From positions 1 through 45,511 of IMG/VR virus record IMGVR_UViG_3300027693_000008: 45,511 nucleotides of DNA. One strand, 5' to 3'. This document shows, piece by piece, positions 1 through 11,105 of this stretch. The position numbers were made by a program, and so were the translations under genes. Every line of letters starts with the position of its first letter. Position 1 is the first letter of the stretch. The notes beneath the pieces were generated by a model, which was not told where the DNA came from, did not search any database, and worked only from the letters and a program-made list of their open reading frames with translations. This DNA comes from a virus. Taxonomy: Duplodnaviria > Caudoviricetes.

Positions 1-265
1 CCTTCAGGCACTCGCGGAGAGAGGCAGAAAAATCTCGCGCCATGAACTTTTCGAGACTGTCCCAATCCGGTTCGGGCGGCTCGAAACAGTGTTGGACAAT
101 CTGCATGAGGCGGAATGATCCAGCGCAGCCAAAGACATAAGGGCCGTTCTGAAACGACTTGCTCGTCTTGAATCGGAACTGCTCTAGCGCCTCTGGTCTT
201 GTCCCCGCGCTATCCGCCCCGAAGATGACTCGATCCCCGCAGAGAAGCCCGATCACGCATGTCAT
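1..265 (-). CDS. HslV/proteasome-beta-like Ntn-hydrolase (Thr peptidase), 3' end runs off the window
   Basis: Not in ORF track. Manual translation from ATG at 265: MTCVIGLLCGDRVIFGADSAG...KSF...FGCAGSFRLMQ...SLRECLK. Shows N-terminal Thr nucleophile, GADS, Lys and G-x-AGS motifs of Ntn peptidases; GGAGG upstream. Confidence 0.8.
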   Translation of the reverse strand, partial: MTCVIGLLCGDRVIFGADSAGTRPEALEQFRFKTSKSFQNGPYVFGCAGSFRLMQIVQHCFEPPEPDWDSLEKFMARDFSASLRECLK

Positions 266-446
266 CATCCACCTCCACGAAGATCCTGATTACCCCGCCC
301 TCTACACTGACCGCCGCGATCCTGTCTCGCTTCTCTTTCAGCGGGATCACTAGGAACTCTCCACTGCTAGAGTCAGTAGCCACCCAATCACGGGAGCGGA
401 GTACGTTATAGTCTAGGTCAAGCACCTCGTATTTCTTGCGAGGCAT
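210..446 (-). CDS. hypothetical protein
   Basis: ATG at 446 (MPRKKYEV) with GGAGG RBS; fits operon packing. Confidence 0.55.
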   Translation of the reverse strand: MPRKKYEVLDLDYNVLRSRDWVATDSSSGEFLVIPLKEKRDRIAAVSVEGGVIRIFVEVDDDMRDRASLRGSSHLRGG

Positions 447-454
447 CAAGCCTC

Positions 455-700
455 CTAGAGTTTCTTTCCGCACTCGGGGCAGCAGTTGATCGGTCCAACT
501 GGATCGCAGAATGAACTCCGTAGCCACCTATCGCCATTGGTCGTTTTGAATGTGTCTCTCCGCCACTTCTCGCAGCACTTATTGACCTCTTCCTCGATCG
601 TGACGCGGACTTTTCTGTTTGGGTACAGATTCACCATCCCGGGAAGACATCCCATATCGTCTGACCACACAATGTCCTGACGGATTATGTTCCACGCCAT
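455..700 (-). CDS. small Cys-rich (zinc-ribbon-like) hypothetical protein
   Basis: GGAGGGG RBS; CC...C...CCPECG motif. Confidence 0.65.
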   Translation of the reverse strand: MAWNIIRQDIVWSDDMGCLPGMVNLYPNRKVRVTIEEEVNKCCEKWRRDTFKTTNGDRWLRSSFCDPVGPINCCPECGKKL

Positions 701-709
701 TTTCCCCTC

Positions 710-1570
710 CTAGATTGTTACGTGGACATCCTTCTTCCTGCCATCCAGCCTAATGCGCGGACAGCCAACGGGAAGCGGGCGCTTGGACTTACGCTTGACG
801 TACCCAGCATAGCCCAAGAGCGAGCCAGCCAGAACAACGTACCGCTTCTCTTCACGGATCTGGTTGTTGTAGACATCGAAGACGAATCTCTGTTGCTCGG
901 ATGCGGCCTTGCCGTGCGTGTGACCGTAAATCACCACGTCAGAGTTTTCAACAACCTCGGCCATCTTCTCGGCAGCATTGAGCCGCCCGCCATTCGTCCC
1001 TGCATTCGAGCCACCGTGGCCAAAGTGAATGACGTATGCCACCGGCTTGTCATTCCGCTTTTCCCCAACCCGCACCTTGATAATGCCCTGTGCGCTACGG
1101 AAGAATGGCACATCTAGTTCACGGGCAATGTCCTCGGCTGGATCGAAGTCCGTCTCTTTCGTTACCCGCCACTCGTGATTGCCGCTGGAAATGCCATAGA
1201 TTCTGTCACGGACTGGCTTGAGGCGTTCAACCATGTCGTCTCTCTGTTCCTTCGGGCTCATCCTCTGGTGGAAGATGTCGCCGATAGACGACCTCGTGGT
1301 GCATTCTAGAAGGTCGCCAGGGAACAACAAGCGCGCCTGGGGAGTCTCTAGCACCCAGGCAATCCACTCGTCAAACAATACCTCGTTGAACTCCTCCGCT
1401 CCGTTGTGCGTCTCCATTGGGACAAGGTAGATTTCCTCTAGGTTCGACGGCTCATCAATTACGGCAATGTCAATGATGTCGCGGATTAGCTTGATCGTAG
1501 TGCCACTTGTCTTCAGATCCCCCTCCGATTCCGAAGATGGAAGAGGCCCCGTTGCCGGGGCCTCCATCAA
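710..1570 (-). CDS. calcineurin-like metallophosphoesterase
   Basis: E-T-H (variant DxH), GD, GNHE, HG and GHTH motifs in canonical order; exact start uncertain. Confidence 0.85.
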   Translation of the reverse strand: MMEAPATGPLPSSESEGDLKTSGTTIKLIRDIIDIAVIDEPSNLEEIYLVPMETHNGAEEFNEVLFDEWIAWVLETPQARLLFPGDLLECTTRSSIGDIFHQRMSPKEQRDDMVERLKPVRDRIYGISSGNHEWRVTKETDFDPAEDIARELDVPFFRSAQGIIKVRVGEKRNDKPVAYVIHFGHGGSNAGTNGGRLNAAEKMAEVVENSDVVIYGHTHGKAASEQQRFVFDVYNNQIREEKRYVVLAGSLLGYAGYVKRKSKRPLPVGCPRIRLDGRKKDVHVTI

Positions 1571-1576
1571 GTGCGC

Positions 1577-2113
1577 CTAGCCAGCAACCGGCGTCGGCCC
1601 TCGGAAGAGTTCCGAGAGACCGAACCAGTCTACCGTCAGCCCAAGCCCCCAACTCACTCCCGCAGAGTTGAAGAACGCCTCTCCACGGATCGTGATGTCG
1701 TAGGGAATCACTAACGCTATGCTGGCAGCAAGTCCAGGATCGGTGATCGCGCAAGCAAACACTTCGTCTGCCGAACCGATCTGGAACGGCAGGATCACAC
1801 CGAGTCCGGGGCGGACGATTAGAACATCTTGCCCGCTGACCGTGTACAGCGGGATGTCGTAGGTCAACTGGACATCGGGGATTCCGATAAGCGCAAAGTG
1901 CCAGTCGTCGCCATTGGCATAATCAATGCCAACGAACTTGAACTCGCCAAACGCGCCCCAGTTCTGTTCCGAGATGTAGCTAATGCCCGCGCCCCAGACC
2001 ATCTGCCAGTCGTCGCCATACCACAGGCTCTCCAGAGTCACCGTGGGGCCAGCCCAAGCAACCGCGCTCGCGATACACATCACGAGCAGACTAAGAACAA
2101 TCGCCTTCTTCAT
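1577..2113 (-). CDS. exported protein, possible small beta-barrel membrane protein
   Basis: Sec signal MKKAIVLSLLVMCIASAVAWA; alternating aromatic/hydrophobic strands. Confidence 0.65.
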   Translation of the reverse strand: MKKAIVLSLLVMCIASAVAWAGPTVTLESLWYGDDWQMVWGAGISYISEQNWGAFGEFKFVGIDYANGDDWHFALIGIPDVQLTYDIPLYTVSGQDVLIVRPGLGVILPFQIGSADEVFACAITDPGLAASIALVIPYDITIRGEAFFNSAGVSWGLGLTVDWFGLSELFRGPTPVAG

Positions 2114-2124
2114 ATTCGTACCTC

Positions 2125-2382
2125 CTACTTTCCTAGTTCGCTCACGAGTAGATCCGCGAGCCCTTCAAGCTGGTCGGCAAAGACCTCAACGAGAGAATCG
2201 TCCCACGTTGCGTCTGTGCTCTTCGCAAAGGCTTGCAGCTTATCAAGGACGTTCTGTAGCGCCACAATTACTGCCGCCTTCTTCTCCTCAACCGTTCCAT
2301 TGCCCTTCACGGCCTTACGAATCTTGAGATACCCAAGACCGGCGGCAATGACGATGTTGATGATCGAGCCAATGACCTTCAT
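2125..2382 (-). CDS. small single-TM membrane protein (holin-like)
   Basis: Start MKVIGSIINIVIAAGLGYLK at 2382 after AGGAGG; one hydrophobic helix plus a charged tail. Confidence 0.55.
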   Translation of the reverse strand: MKVIGSIINIVIAAGLGYLKIRKAVKGNGTVEEKKAAVIVALQNVLDKLQAFAKSTDATWDDSLVEVFADQLEGLADLLVSELGK

Positions 2383-2398
2383 GTTCTCCACCTCCTCC

Positions 2399-3277
2399 TT
2401 ACGGGCACCCGCCCACCCAGATTTCCCAGTAGAACTTCCCGTATGTAGTTTCTCCCATTGAGTCCTTTGCCCAGATCTCGACGCACAAGTTCTTACCAGA
2501 CGGCCACGGGTTATCCTGGTCGAATGGCTCGTCTGGGTCTGGGTAACAACCAAGCGCCCCAATTCCGGGCGGCACTCCGTCATACCCGACCCAGAAGTGC
2601 GTCTGGGTTCCAATGGGCAGCCATTCATCGCTTAGGATCACGTACTCGTTCGTGCCCGGAAGATCGTTGTAGAGACGGTACTGAATGAAGTCTTCCATTG
2701 AAGCCTTCTTCGGCCCCGTGATCCTTAGCCGATACGTGAGCGTGTCACCATACTCATAGTCGGCGTCATAGACTCCGGTAAAGGTTGGATCTTCAATGGT
2801 CGGGCACGTACCCCACTGGCTGTATTCAGCAATCACCCGAAGGTGAGCGCCCATCTCTGGCTTCACGCTAGACATCCAAGGAGACAGGACGATAGGGGCA
2901 TTGTTGATGATCGTGAACTCATACGAAACAGGAACAGCCCGCCCCGATCGGATAGTGACTGTCTGGTCTACATTGACCTTGATCGAGACAAAGCTCGGCG
3001 GCTCGCTCACCTTGAACCATGCCTCACGAGACGTGGTCCCATCCATATACTCACAACGGTACTTGGCATTAGGGTCGCCGCCCATGGCTTCAATCGTCAC
3101 CATGATGGCGCCCTCGCTATAGTCAGGGCGAGACTCAACCTTCTCTCCCCCCGTCCACAGTTGCCCATTCACATACAACTTCACCTGAAGCGGAGTCACC
3201 GGCCCAGTGAAGAAGGTCTCGCAACCAAAGAGCCCGGCAAGCGCCAGGACAAGGAACACGAGGAGTAGCCTTTTCAT
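2399..3277 (-). CDS. lipoprotein
   Basis: MKRLLLVFLVLALAGLFG-C signal II/lipobox; GAGGAGG RBS. Confidence 0.8.
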   Translation of the reverse strand: MKRLLLVFLVLALAGLFGCETFFTGPVTPLQVKLYVNGQLWTGGEKVESRPDYSEGAIMVTIEAMGGDPNAKYRCEYMDGTTSREAWFKVSEPPSFVSIKVNVDQTVTIRSGRAVPVSYEFTIINNAPIVLSPWMSSVKPEMGAHLRVIAEYSQWGTCPTIEDPTFTGVYDADYEYGDTLTYRLRITGPKKASMEDFIQYRLYNDLPGTNEYVILSDEWLPIGTQTHFWVGYDGVPPGIGALGCYPDPDEPFDQDNPWPSGKNLCVEIWAKDSMGETTYGKFYWEIWVGGCP

Positions 3278-3401
3278 ACAGCCTCCTCAAAACAGAAACA
3301 GGGCAAGAAGCGGTTCCTTGCGCCCGTTTTCGCGCGCCGCGTAACGCATGATGCGTAATGCGACATCAATCTCATGGAATCAGCATTCGATTCCGCCTGT
3401 T

Positions 3402-3430
3402 ATTATACTTGCTGATGTTGGGAATGTCAA
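3402..3430 (-). promoter_or_regulatory. sigma70-type promoter
   Basis: Perfect TTGACA-N17-TATAAT on minus strand in intergenic gap. Confidence 0.85.
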
Positions 3431-3447
3431 GTCTGATACGAGGAGCG

Positions 3448-3473
3448 GCGGCGGATTGCTCCAACCGCCGCCA
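3448..3473. terminator. GC-rich hairpin after last tail gene
   Basis: GGCGGCGG...CCGCCGCC inverted repeat; weak U-tract. Confidence 0.5.
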
Positions 3474-3482
3474 TTTCGCCAA

Positions 3483-5560
3483 CTACACCCCAACCCCGTT
3501 CACGGATGCGATGTTCGCACTAGGAATACCGAGGATGGCCGCAGGAGCCTCCACGCCGTTGAAGAAAAACCATCGTTCGGCTGTACTGTTACCCCACAAA
3601 CCGCCTGCCTCTCCGACAAGCGGTTTCATCTTCGAGTTGTAGGAAGTCGTGACCCAGGTCGATGCTCGTTCAACGTTGTGGATCTCTACCTCGTCTATGA
3701 TCCCATCGAGGTTGTAAGCACCGCCTGCGAAGGAACCGATCTCGACATCCGCCGCACCGGCCTCCATCGCTACATACGACCCGCTTTTAGAATCAGCATT
3801 GTCAACCTGGGTGCCATCCAGATACAGCTTCACTCCCGAGGACAACGAACTTCCCGAATACGTTGCCACGATGTGATACCATGTTCCAGTCGCAAGGTCG
3901 GCGGCATAGGTGCGTCCGATGTAACACGATCCTAGACTCTCATCATAGCACCGCATGACAAGGCGTTTGTTATAGATATGCAGTAACCACTCGTACCCGC
4001 CAGTCGCTCCGTACTTTCCTACGATGCCGTAGTAGGTTGTCGCTGCTAGAGCATCAAACTTCACGATAACGCTGATGGAGAAAGCGGAATCTGTAGTCCC
4101 GTTACCGAAGGAGAAGTCATTACTATCCGGCATGGAGATGAAGTCGCCAGTACTGGACTGTAGATCAATCCCCTCTGACACTTTAGCTGAATCTGTGAAC
4201 ACTGGGCGATTCGCTCCGGTACCATTCCCTGAGACAACATGGTGAGTTCCCTTCTCGTCACGCCACACGCCCCGTAGAGCTTGTGGCGTATTTCTGGCAA
4301 CAAGCAACCAGGTCTCTCCTTCACCCGTCGCCCCAGTTCCTTGGTAGAAGTTGAAGTAGCACCAATACTCGCCATTCGATGCCGTGTACGTGTCGCGCGA
4401 GATCGTGTCTGTCAGCACGAATGGTGTGTCGATGCGGCAGCTTGTCGCCGGACTCTTCCCGGTTGGCCGGATTACCCCGAGGAATGTTCTGTTTGCGGAG
4501 AGAAACGTCCCGGCAGCATCGCTGAACATCTCCAAGTACCCATGGTCGCCAACGTTCCCATCATCGTGTGTGATGTGCATGTAGTAGGTCGACCCGACCT
4601 TGAACACACACGGGCAATAGTAGTTATCACCAGTAAAGATCGGGTTGTTGGCATCCTTGGACCACGTCATCAGGTCTGTCGAAGTGGCAAGTCCAACGTT
4701 GCGCGGAGACGGCCCAAGCGTAGAGTACCACAAGTAATACGTGCTCCCAATTTTGATAACCTGTGACGGCTCAACAAAGTTCGCATCCCATTGCCCCGCC
4801 GTCCCTTGCAGTACCGGATTACTTCCGTACTTCGTCCAGGTTACTCCGTCGTCACTTGTTGCGAGTCCTGCCGCTTTGTGCGTACCGGAGGCATCATCTG
4901 TTCCGGCATAGATCATGTACCAGGTACTCCCTTCCTTCCACACACACGGGAGCCATACGTTGTAATCGTCCCACGCCCCTGCTGACCCGACTGGCAGAAC
5001 CTCCTCGCCATTGCCCCACGACTTCCCATCTGCGCTAGTCGCATGATGGATTCGATTGGTCGCACCAGAGTTAGATACATAGGTGTAGTAGAAGTGATAG
5101 GTCGATCCTTCTTTCCACACGCTCCCCCAGCATTTACCCTCGCCTGCGTCACAGGGGAGAACGGGATTGCTGGCATACGGAATCCACGCATTGTCCATCG
5201 TCTGTGCGCAAACTGTGTTCGCATCGTATGGGCTTACACCTTCTTGGTCCACACACGTAGCACATCCACAGTAAATATAGACGTTCTGGTCTGCGTCTAC
5301 ATCGTGAGTTACCTGTACGCGCGCGATTAGCGTTGTCCCGTCAAAGTAGGCGCGGCGATGGACCAACTTCGTTGTTCCGTCTGAGGAAGTGAACAGGATG
5401 TCTCCGCCGTTGTGTTGGGCCTGGGCAAGATCGGGCCATTCGGAGGTCGTGATTTTGACGATCGTCATAAAGTTGGCAACATCCGCCCCGATCTTCGTGT
5501 GATCCACCGTGATTTTTTTGCGGTACTTCCACTTATCTGCTCCCGAACCATACCAGGCCA

Positions 5561-5561
<1 letters not shown>
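3483..5561 (-). CDS. tail-associated carbohydrate-active protein: DUF2341-like + five-bladed beta-propeller glycoside hydrolase-like + LamG/ConA lectin domain
   Basis: W...WKYRKKIT N-terminus with DILFT; repeated ATSxDGxxWxK...NPVL blades; C-terminal WYHIVATY...LYLDG...GIIDEVEI LamG signature. Confidence 0.8.
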
Positions 5562-7420
<1,859 letters not shown>

Positions 7421-9364
7421 TTACTTGTGAGTAACCTTTTCCTCAAAGAAGCGATAGTTGTTTTGATAGTGTGGGTCGGTTGGATTGAGCTTTAGCGCCT
7501 CTCCCGAATACACGCGCCCCTCTTCGTATCTCTGTTGCTTCCACAGACAACGGGAAAGAAGCTCGTACACCTTCGACATATCTGTCTGCGAGTAGCCCGC
7601 CTCTTTCTTGATCTCTAGGGCAAAGTGGAGGCAGCCAGCGGCAAGGTCAAATGCCCCGCGAGAGAAGTAGGATTCAGCCAGCGTGTACCACCAGAAACGG
7701 TTGTTGGGGCGGCAAGAGCAGGCACGATAGATCCAACTCTCGTATTCGTGAATGATCCCCTTCGACTTGTAACAGACAGCCAACTCGAAGCAGGCATCGG
7801 CGGCATCCCAACCGCGCGGAGATGCCTCCATGTACTTCTTGAGTGTGTCGATGGCCTCGTCAACACGATTGAGATAGCGGTACTGCCTGCCGAGATAGAA
7901 AACCTGTCGCGCCGATCCAGTCTCTTGCACGTCGAGGATGAGGCGGTCGAGCGTGTACTGTAACTTCCAAGAGTTCCGCTCTTTCGGTTGACGATGCTCG
8001 AAGACAAAGTTAGTGAACTCGGTCGTCCCAGTGACAATCGGAAGTTCATGCGCCCGATAGCGATACTCGCACTTGCCCTTTCGATAGGCGCGGACTTGGT
8101 CCCATGCCATCGTCCCGTTTCCGCTTGCGTCTACATTCGTGATACGTATTGAAACGGCATCGGCAGTAGAGGACAAGAGATGCTTCCGTAACCCCTCGGG
8201 CCAGGCAATCCTCTCGTCTGCATCGAGGACAACGATCCAGTCTCCCGTTGCCTCAGACGCTACCTGATTGCGCGAGCCACCCTTGTTCATTCGGTCGCCG
8301 CCAAGAATCACTCTCGCGCCAAGTGACTCAGCCACCTGGACGGAGTTGTCTTCCGATCCCGTATCGAGGATCACGACCTCGTCGGCTAGGCCCGCCGTAC
8401 TGTTGATTGCCCAGGGGAGAAGAGCTTCCTCGTTGCGGACAATCATGCAGACTGAGACGCGCCCGGTTTGCCTTTCCATGTTATTGTGCAATTCAACTGC
8501 CGCATTGCACAGTTCGATGAACTTTTCCGCTACTACCTTGGGCGCGTGATGCTTTGCAAGGTACTTGCGCCCAATCTCCGCCCACTTCTGTCTCTCTTCT
8601 GGATGGTCGCGGAAGAGTTCGACGGCGGCACGGATCTCCTCTTTCGTGTTTGCCCTGTAGTATGGCAGATAGCCGACCGCCTTGACAATCTCGGCCTCAA
8701 TCTCGGGCGGGGCATAGGAGATAACCGGCATACCAAGCGCCCATGCCTCAAGGGAGTTCGTCCCGTACCCAATCGCTAGGTCGCCAACTTGGTCAATGTA
8801 GACACTGGCCTTCGCCTTGCGCTTCAGGCATTCTTGATACGGGGTTCCCTCTACTATGTCGAGAGTGACCCCCGCAACCGATTGCAGGGCGTCTACGATT
8901 GATTGTGTGCCCTTCTGTAGCCTCTTGGTAGGGGCGTGGCAGACGATGAACCCTTCAGGGCAATATCCTTCCGATAAGTCTTCCTGCGCCCGCCCATTCC
9001 AAATCGGGCCGAAGAGTGACAAATCCTGCGTGAGACACGTTTGAACGTGGCCTGAATGCTTTTCATTCACGGCCTGATGGTTTTGTCGATACCAAGTGCC
9101 GTGGTAGGTGTAAATGATCGGCTTGCGCGTGACATTCTCCGGGATCAGGCTATCTGCATCGTCATGGATGTCCCAGACATCGGCCCAGTCAAGCAACTCC
9201 CTCAGTTGCTCTACATTCGGCGCGACAACGTCAACTGGATACTGCGTCCAGTATTGATCCATGGCCACTTGTCGCGCATGGTGTTCTGTGTTCTCGTTGA
9301 TCGCCCGGCACCTTGCGTTACCGGCCCCACTCCAATCCCCCCGCGCAAGAATCAGAACGTTCAA
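7421..9364 (-). CDS. multidomain glycosyltransferase (GT-B/GT4-like + GT2 + TPR)
   Basis: HAP..R..KGT and G.NSLEAWALGMPVI (GT-B); SVCMIVRNEE, DTGSED, LDADE, HE (GT2); C-terminal TPR helices (FYLGRQY, ACFELA). Confidence 0.9.
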   Translation of the reverse strand: MNVLILARGDWSGAGNARCRAINENTEHHARQVAMDQYWTQYPVDVVAPNVEQLRELLDWADVWDIHDDADSLIPENVTRKPIIYTYHGTWYRQNHQAVNEKHSGHVQTCLTQDLSLFGPIWNGRAQEDLSEGYCPEGFIVCHAPTKRLQKGTQSIVDALQSVAGVTLDIVEGTPYQECLKRKAKASVYIDQVGDLAIGYGTNSLEAWALGMPVISYAPPEIEAEIVKAVGYLPYYRANTKEEIRAAVELFRDHPEERQKWAEIGRKYLAKHHAPKVVAEKFIELCNAAVELHNNMERQTGRVSVCMIVRNEEALLPWAINSTAGLADEVVILDTGSEDNSVQVAESLGARVILGGDRMNKGGSRNQVASEATGDWIVVLDADERIAWPEGLRKHLLSSTADAVSIRITNVDASGNGTMAWDQVRAYRKGKCEYRYRAHELPIVTGTTEFTNFVFEHRQPKERNSWKLQYTLDRLILDVQETGSARQVFYLGRQYRYLNRVDEAIDTLKKYMEASPRGWDAADACFELAVCYKSKGIIHEYESWIYRACSCRPNNRFWWYTLAESYFSRGAFDLAAGCLHFALEIKKEAGYSQTDMSKVYELLSRCLWKQQRYEEGRVYSGEALKLNPTDPHYQNNYRFFEEKVTHK

Positions 9365-9373
9365 TCCCCACTC

Positions 9374-11086
9374 CTAGATGAGTTCCACTTGGACGATGTT
9401 CATATAGGCCGTAACTGTTGTGCTCGATGGCTGGAAAGTAATTGCGAGATCTCTATCCGTCGCGGAATCCTCGGAAATGTCTTTGACGGCTCCAACTATC
9501 ATCCCCTCCCTCATGGCCGATCCAAAGGTTATGTTCATGTTTATCTCTGTTACAGATTGTTGCGAGTTGGTTGCATTTCGCGCGGAGATAGACGCATTGA
9601 TGAGAAAACCATATGTAGTGCTAGTGGCAGAGATATCATACGAGCCAATGGTTGTCGTCCCGTACTTTATTCTTACTGTTACAGTCTGTGATACAGAACC
9701 CTGCATCTTGCCCATGGCCGTCAGCCGAATCATCTTGTTCGTGCTGAGCGTCCCGCCAGGCACGGTGTAGGTGTAGACCGTTGTTTCAGATGTCGTTCCG
9801 CTGACGGTGGCCGTTACCACGTCGCGGTTGAGGGAGGTGGAGCCGACTGACCCGGTTGGGCCTGTAGGGCCACGAGATCCCGTTGCGCCGGTACTGCCGG
9901 TCGTACCCGTTGTCCCGGTAGGCCCAGTTTGACCAGTCTGGCCCGTCTGTCCAGTTGGCCCAGTTTGGCCCGTAACTCCGGTAACTCCAGTAACTCCAGT
10001 CGTGCCAGTAACGCCAGTGGTCCCTGTCGTCCCGGCACCCGTCGGTCCAGTCGTCCCCAATCCGCCAGCCGAACACAGGATCGTTCCACTTAGCGCCTCG
10101 TTGAAGGTGACGGTAAATTGATCGGTAGAATCATGGACGACGGCAAAGTCAACTCCATTTCCCGAGCCGTCGATTACATCCACTACAGGGCGCTTGCCAA
10201 AACTGTGCGCCACGACAACGGATGTCTGAGAGGAGAATCCGGTTGCCAGATAGCCAGAATCAGAAGCGGGTGCGCCAGCGGGACCGGCTGGGCCGGTAGG
10301 ACCAGTGATCCCAGTTGGCCCAGTTACTCCCGTTGGCCCGGTAACGCCCGTAGTTCCAGCCCCGGTTGTTCCCGTGTGCCCGGTCGGACCCGTAGGCCCA
10401 GTCTCTCCAGTCGGGCCAGTCGTCCCCGCGCCCGTAGGCCCAGTATGACCAGTTGGTCCCGTATTCCCTGTTGGGCCGGTTGTTCCGGTAGTTCCGGAGC
10501 CAGTTGTGCCCGTTGGCCCTGTTGGCCCCGTCGACCCGCCCGAAGCGACTGCCCACGTCGGATTCGCCCCAGCCCCTTGTGTCTGAAGGAAGTATCCGTT
10601 TGTCCCAGGATCGAGCGCCGTCCAGTTAGAGCCGTTGTAGTAGAAGAGCTGGCCCTGCGCCTCAGTGATTGAGCCAACGTCTGTGTGGGTTGCGCTGTCT
10701 AGCGTATGGCTCGTTCCGCCCGAGGATGGTGCTGCGAGCATGTGCCAATGGTTGTCAAATGATAGGTAGATCAACCAGACGAGCTTGTTGTTGTCGTCTA
10801 GTGAGTAGTCCGTCGCCGTCGGGGTGACGATCTTGCCCGCACCCGCTGTATCATCATGCTTGAGGACTACGGTGTGAGTGTCGTCATACGCCACAAGGCA
10901 GACGACCATCCCATCTTGCCCGCCATAGATATACGACACGTTATCCGACGAAGCAGCGGCCTCCGTCTCCACGCGGTAAACTCGCCCACCATCAACCCGG
11001 ATGTGATCCGACTTGATCTGGAGCTTGTTCGCCTCCGTGAAGCGGAAGTCACTGATCCTAAATGGATTCTCGAAAGGGATGGTCAT
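9374..11086 (-). CDS. collagen-like (Gly-X-Thr) tail fibre protein
   Basis: GXT tracts; [18 protein letters not shown] fibre motif; H-G.RP.V small beta domain. Confidence 0.85.
   Translation of the reverse strand: MTIPFENPFRISDFRFTEANKLQIKSDHIRVDGGRVYRVETEAAASSDNVSYIYGGQDGMVVCLVAYDDTHTVVLKHDDTAGAGKIVTPTATDYSLDDNNKLVWLIYLSFDNHWHMLAAPSSGGTSHTLDSATHTDVGSITEAQGQLFYYNGSNWTALDPGTNGYFLQTQGAGANPTWAVASGGSTGPTGPTGTTGSGTTGTTGPTGNTGPTGHTGPTGAGTTGPTGETGPTGPTGHTGTTGAGTTGVTGPTGVTGPTGITGPTGPAGPAGAPASDSGYLATGFSSQTSVVVAHSFGKRPVVDVIDGSGNGVDFAVVHDSTDQFTVTFNEALSGTILCSAGGLGTTGPTGAGTTGTTGVTGTTGVTGVTGVTGQTGPTGQTGQTGQTGPTGTTGTTGSTGATGSRGPTGPTGSVGSTSLNRDVVTATVSGTTSETTVYTYTVPGGTLSTNKMIRLTAMGKMQGSVSQTVTVRIKYGTTTIGSYDISATSTTYGFLINASISARNATNSQQSVTEINMNITFGSAMREGMIVGAVKDISEDSATDRDLAITFQPSSTTVTAYMNIVQVELI
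9845..10535 (-). repeat. Gly-X-Thr coding repeats (two tracts, about 10270-10535 and 9845-10060)
   Basis: Seen in translation and as 9-nt periodicity; boundaries approximate. Confidence 0.9.
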
Positions 11087-11105
11087 GCACCCACCTACCA
11101 GGGAA

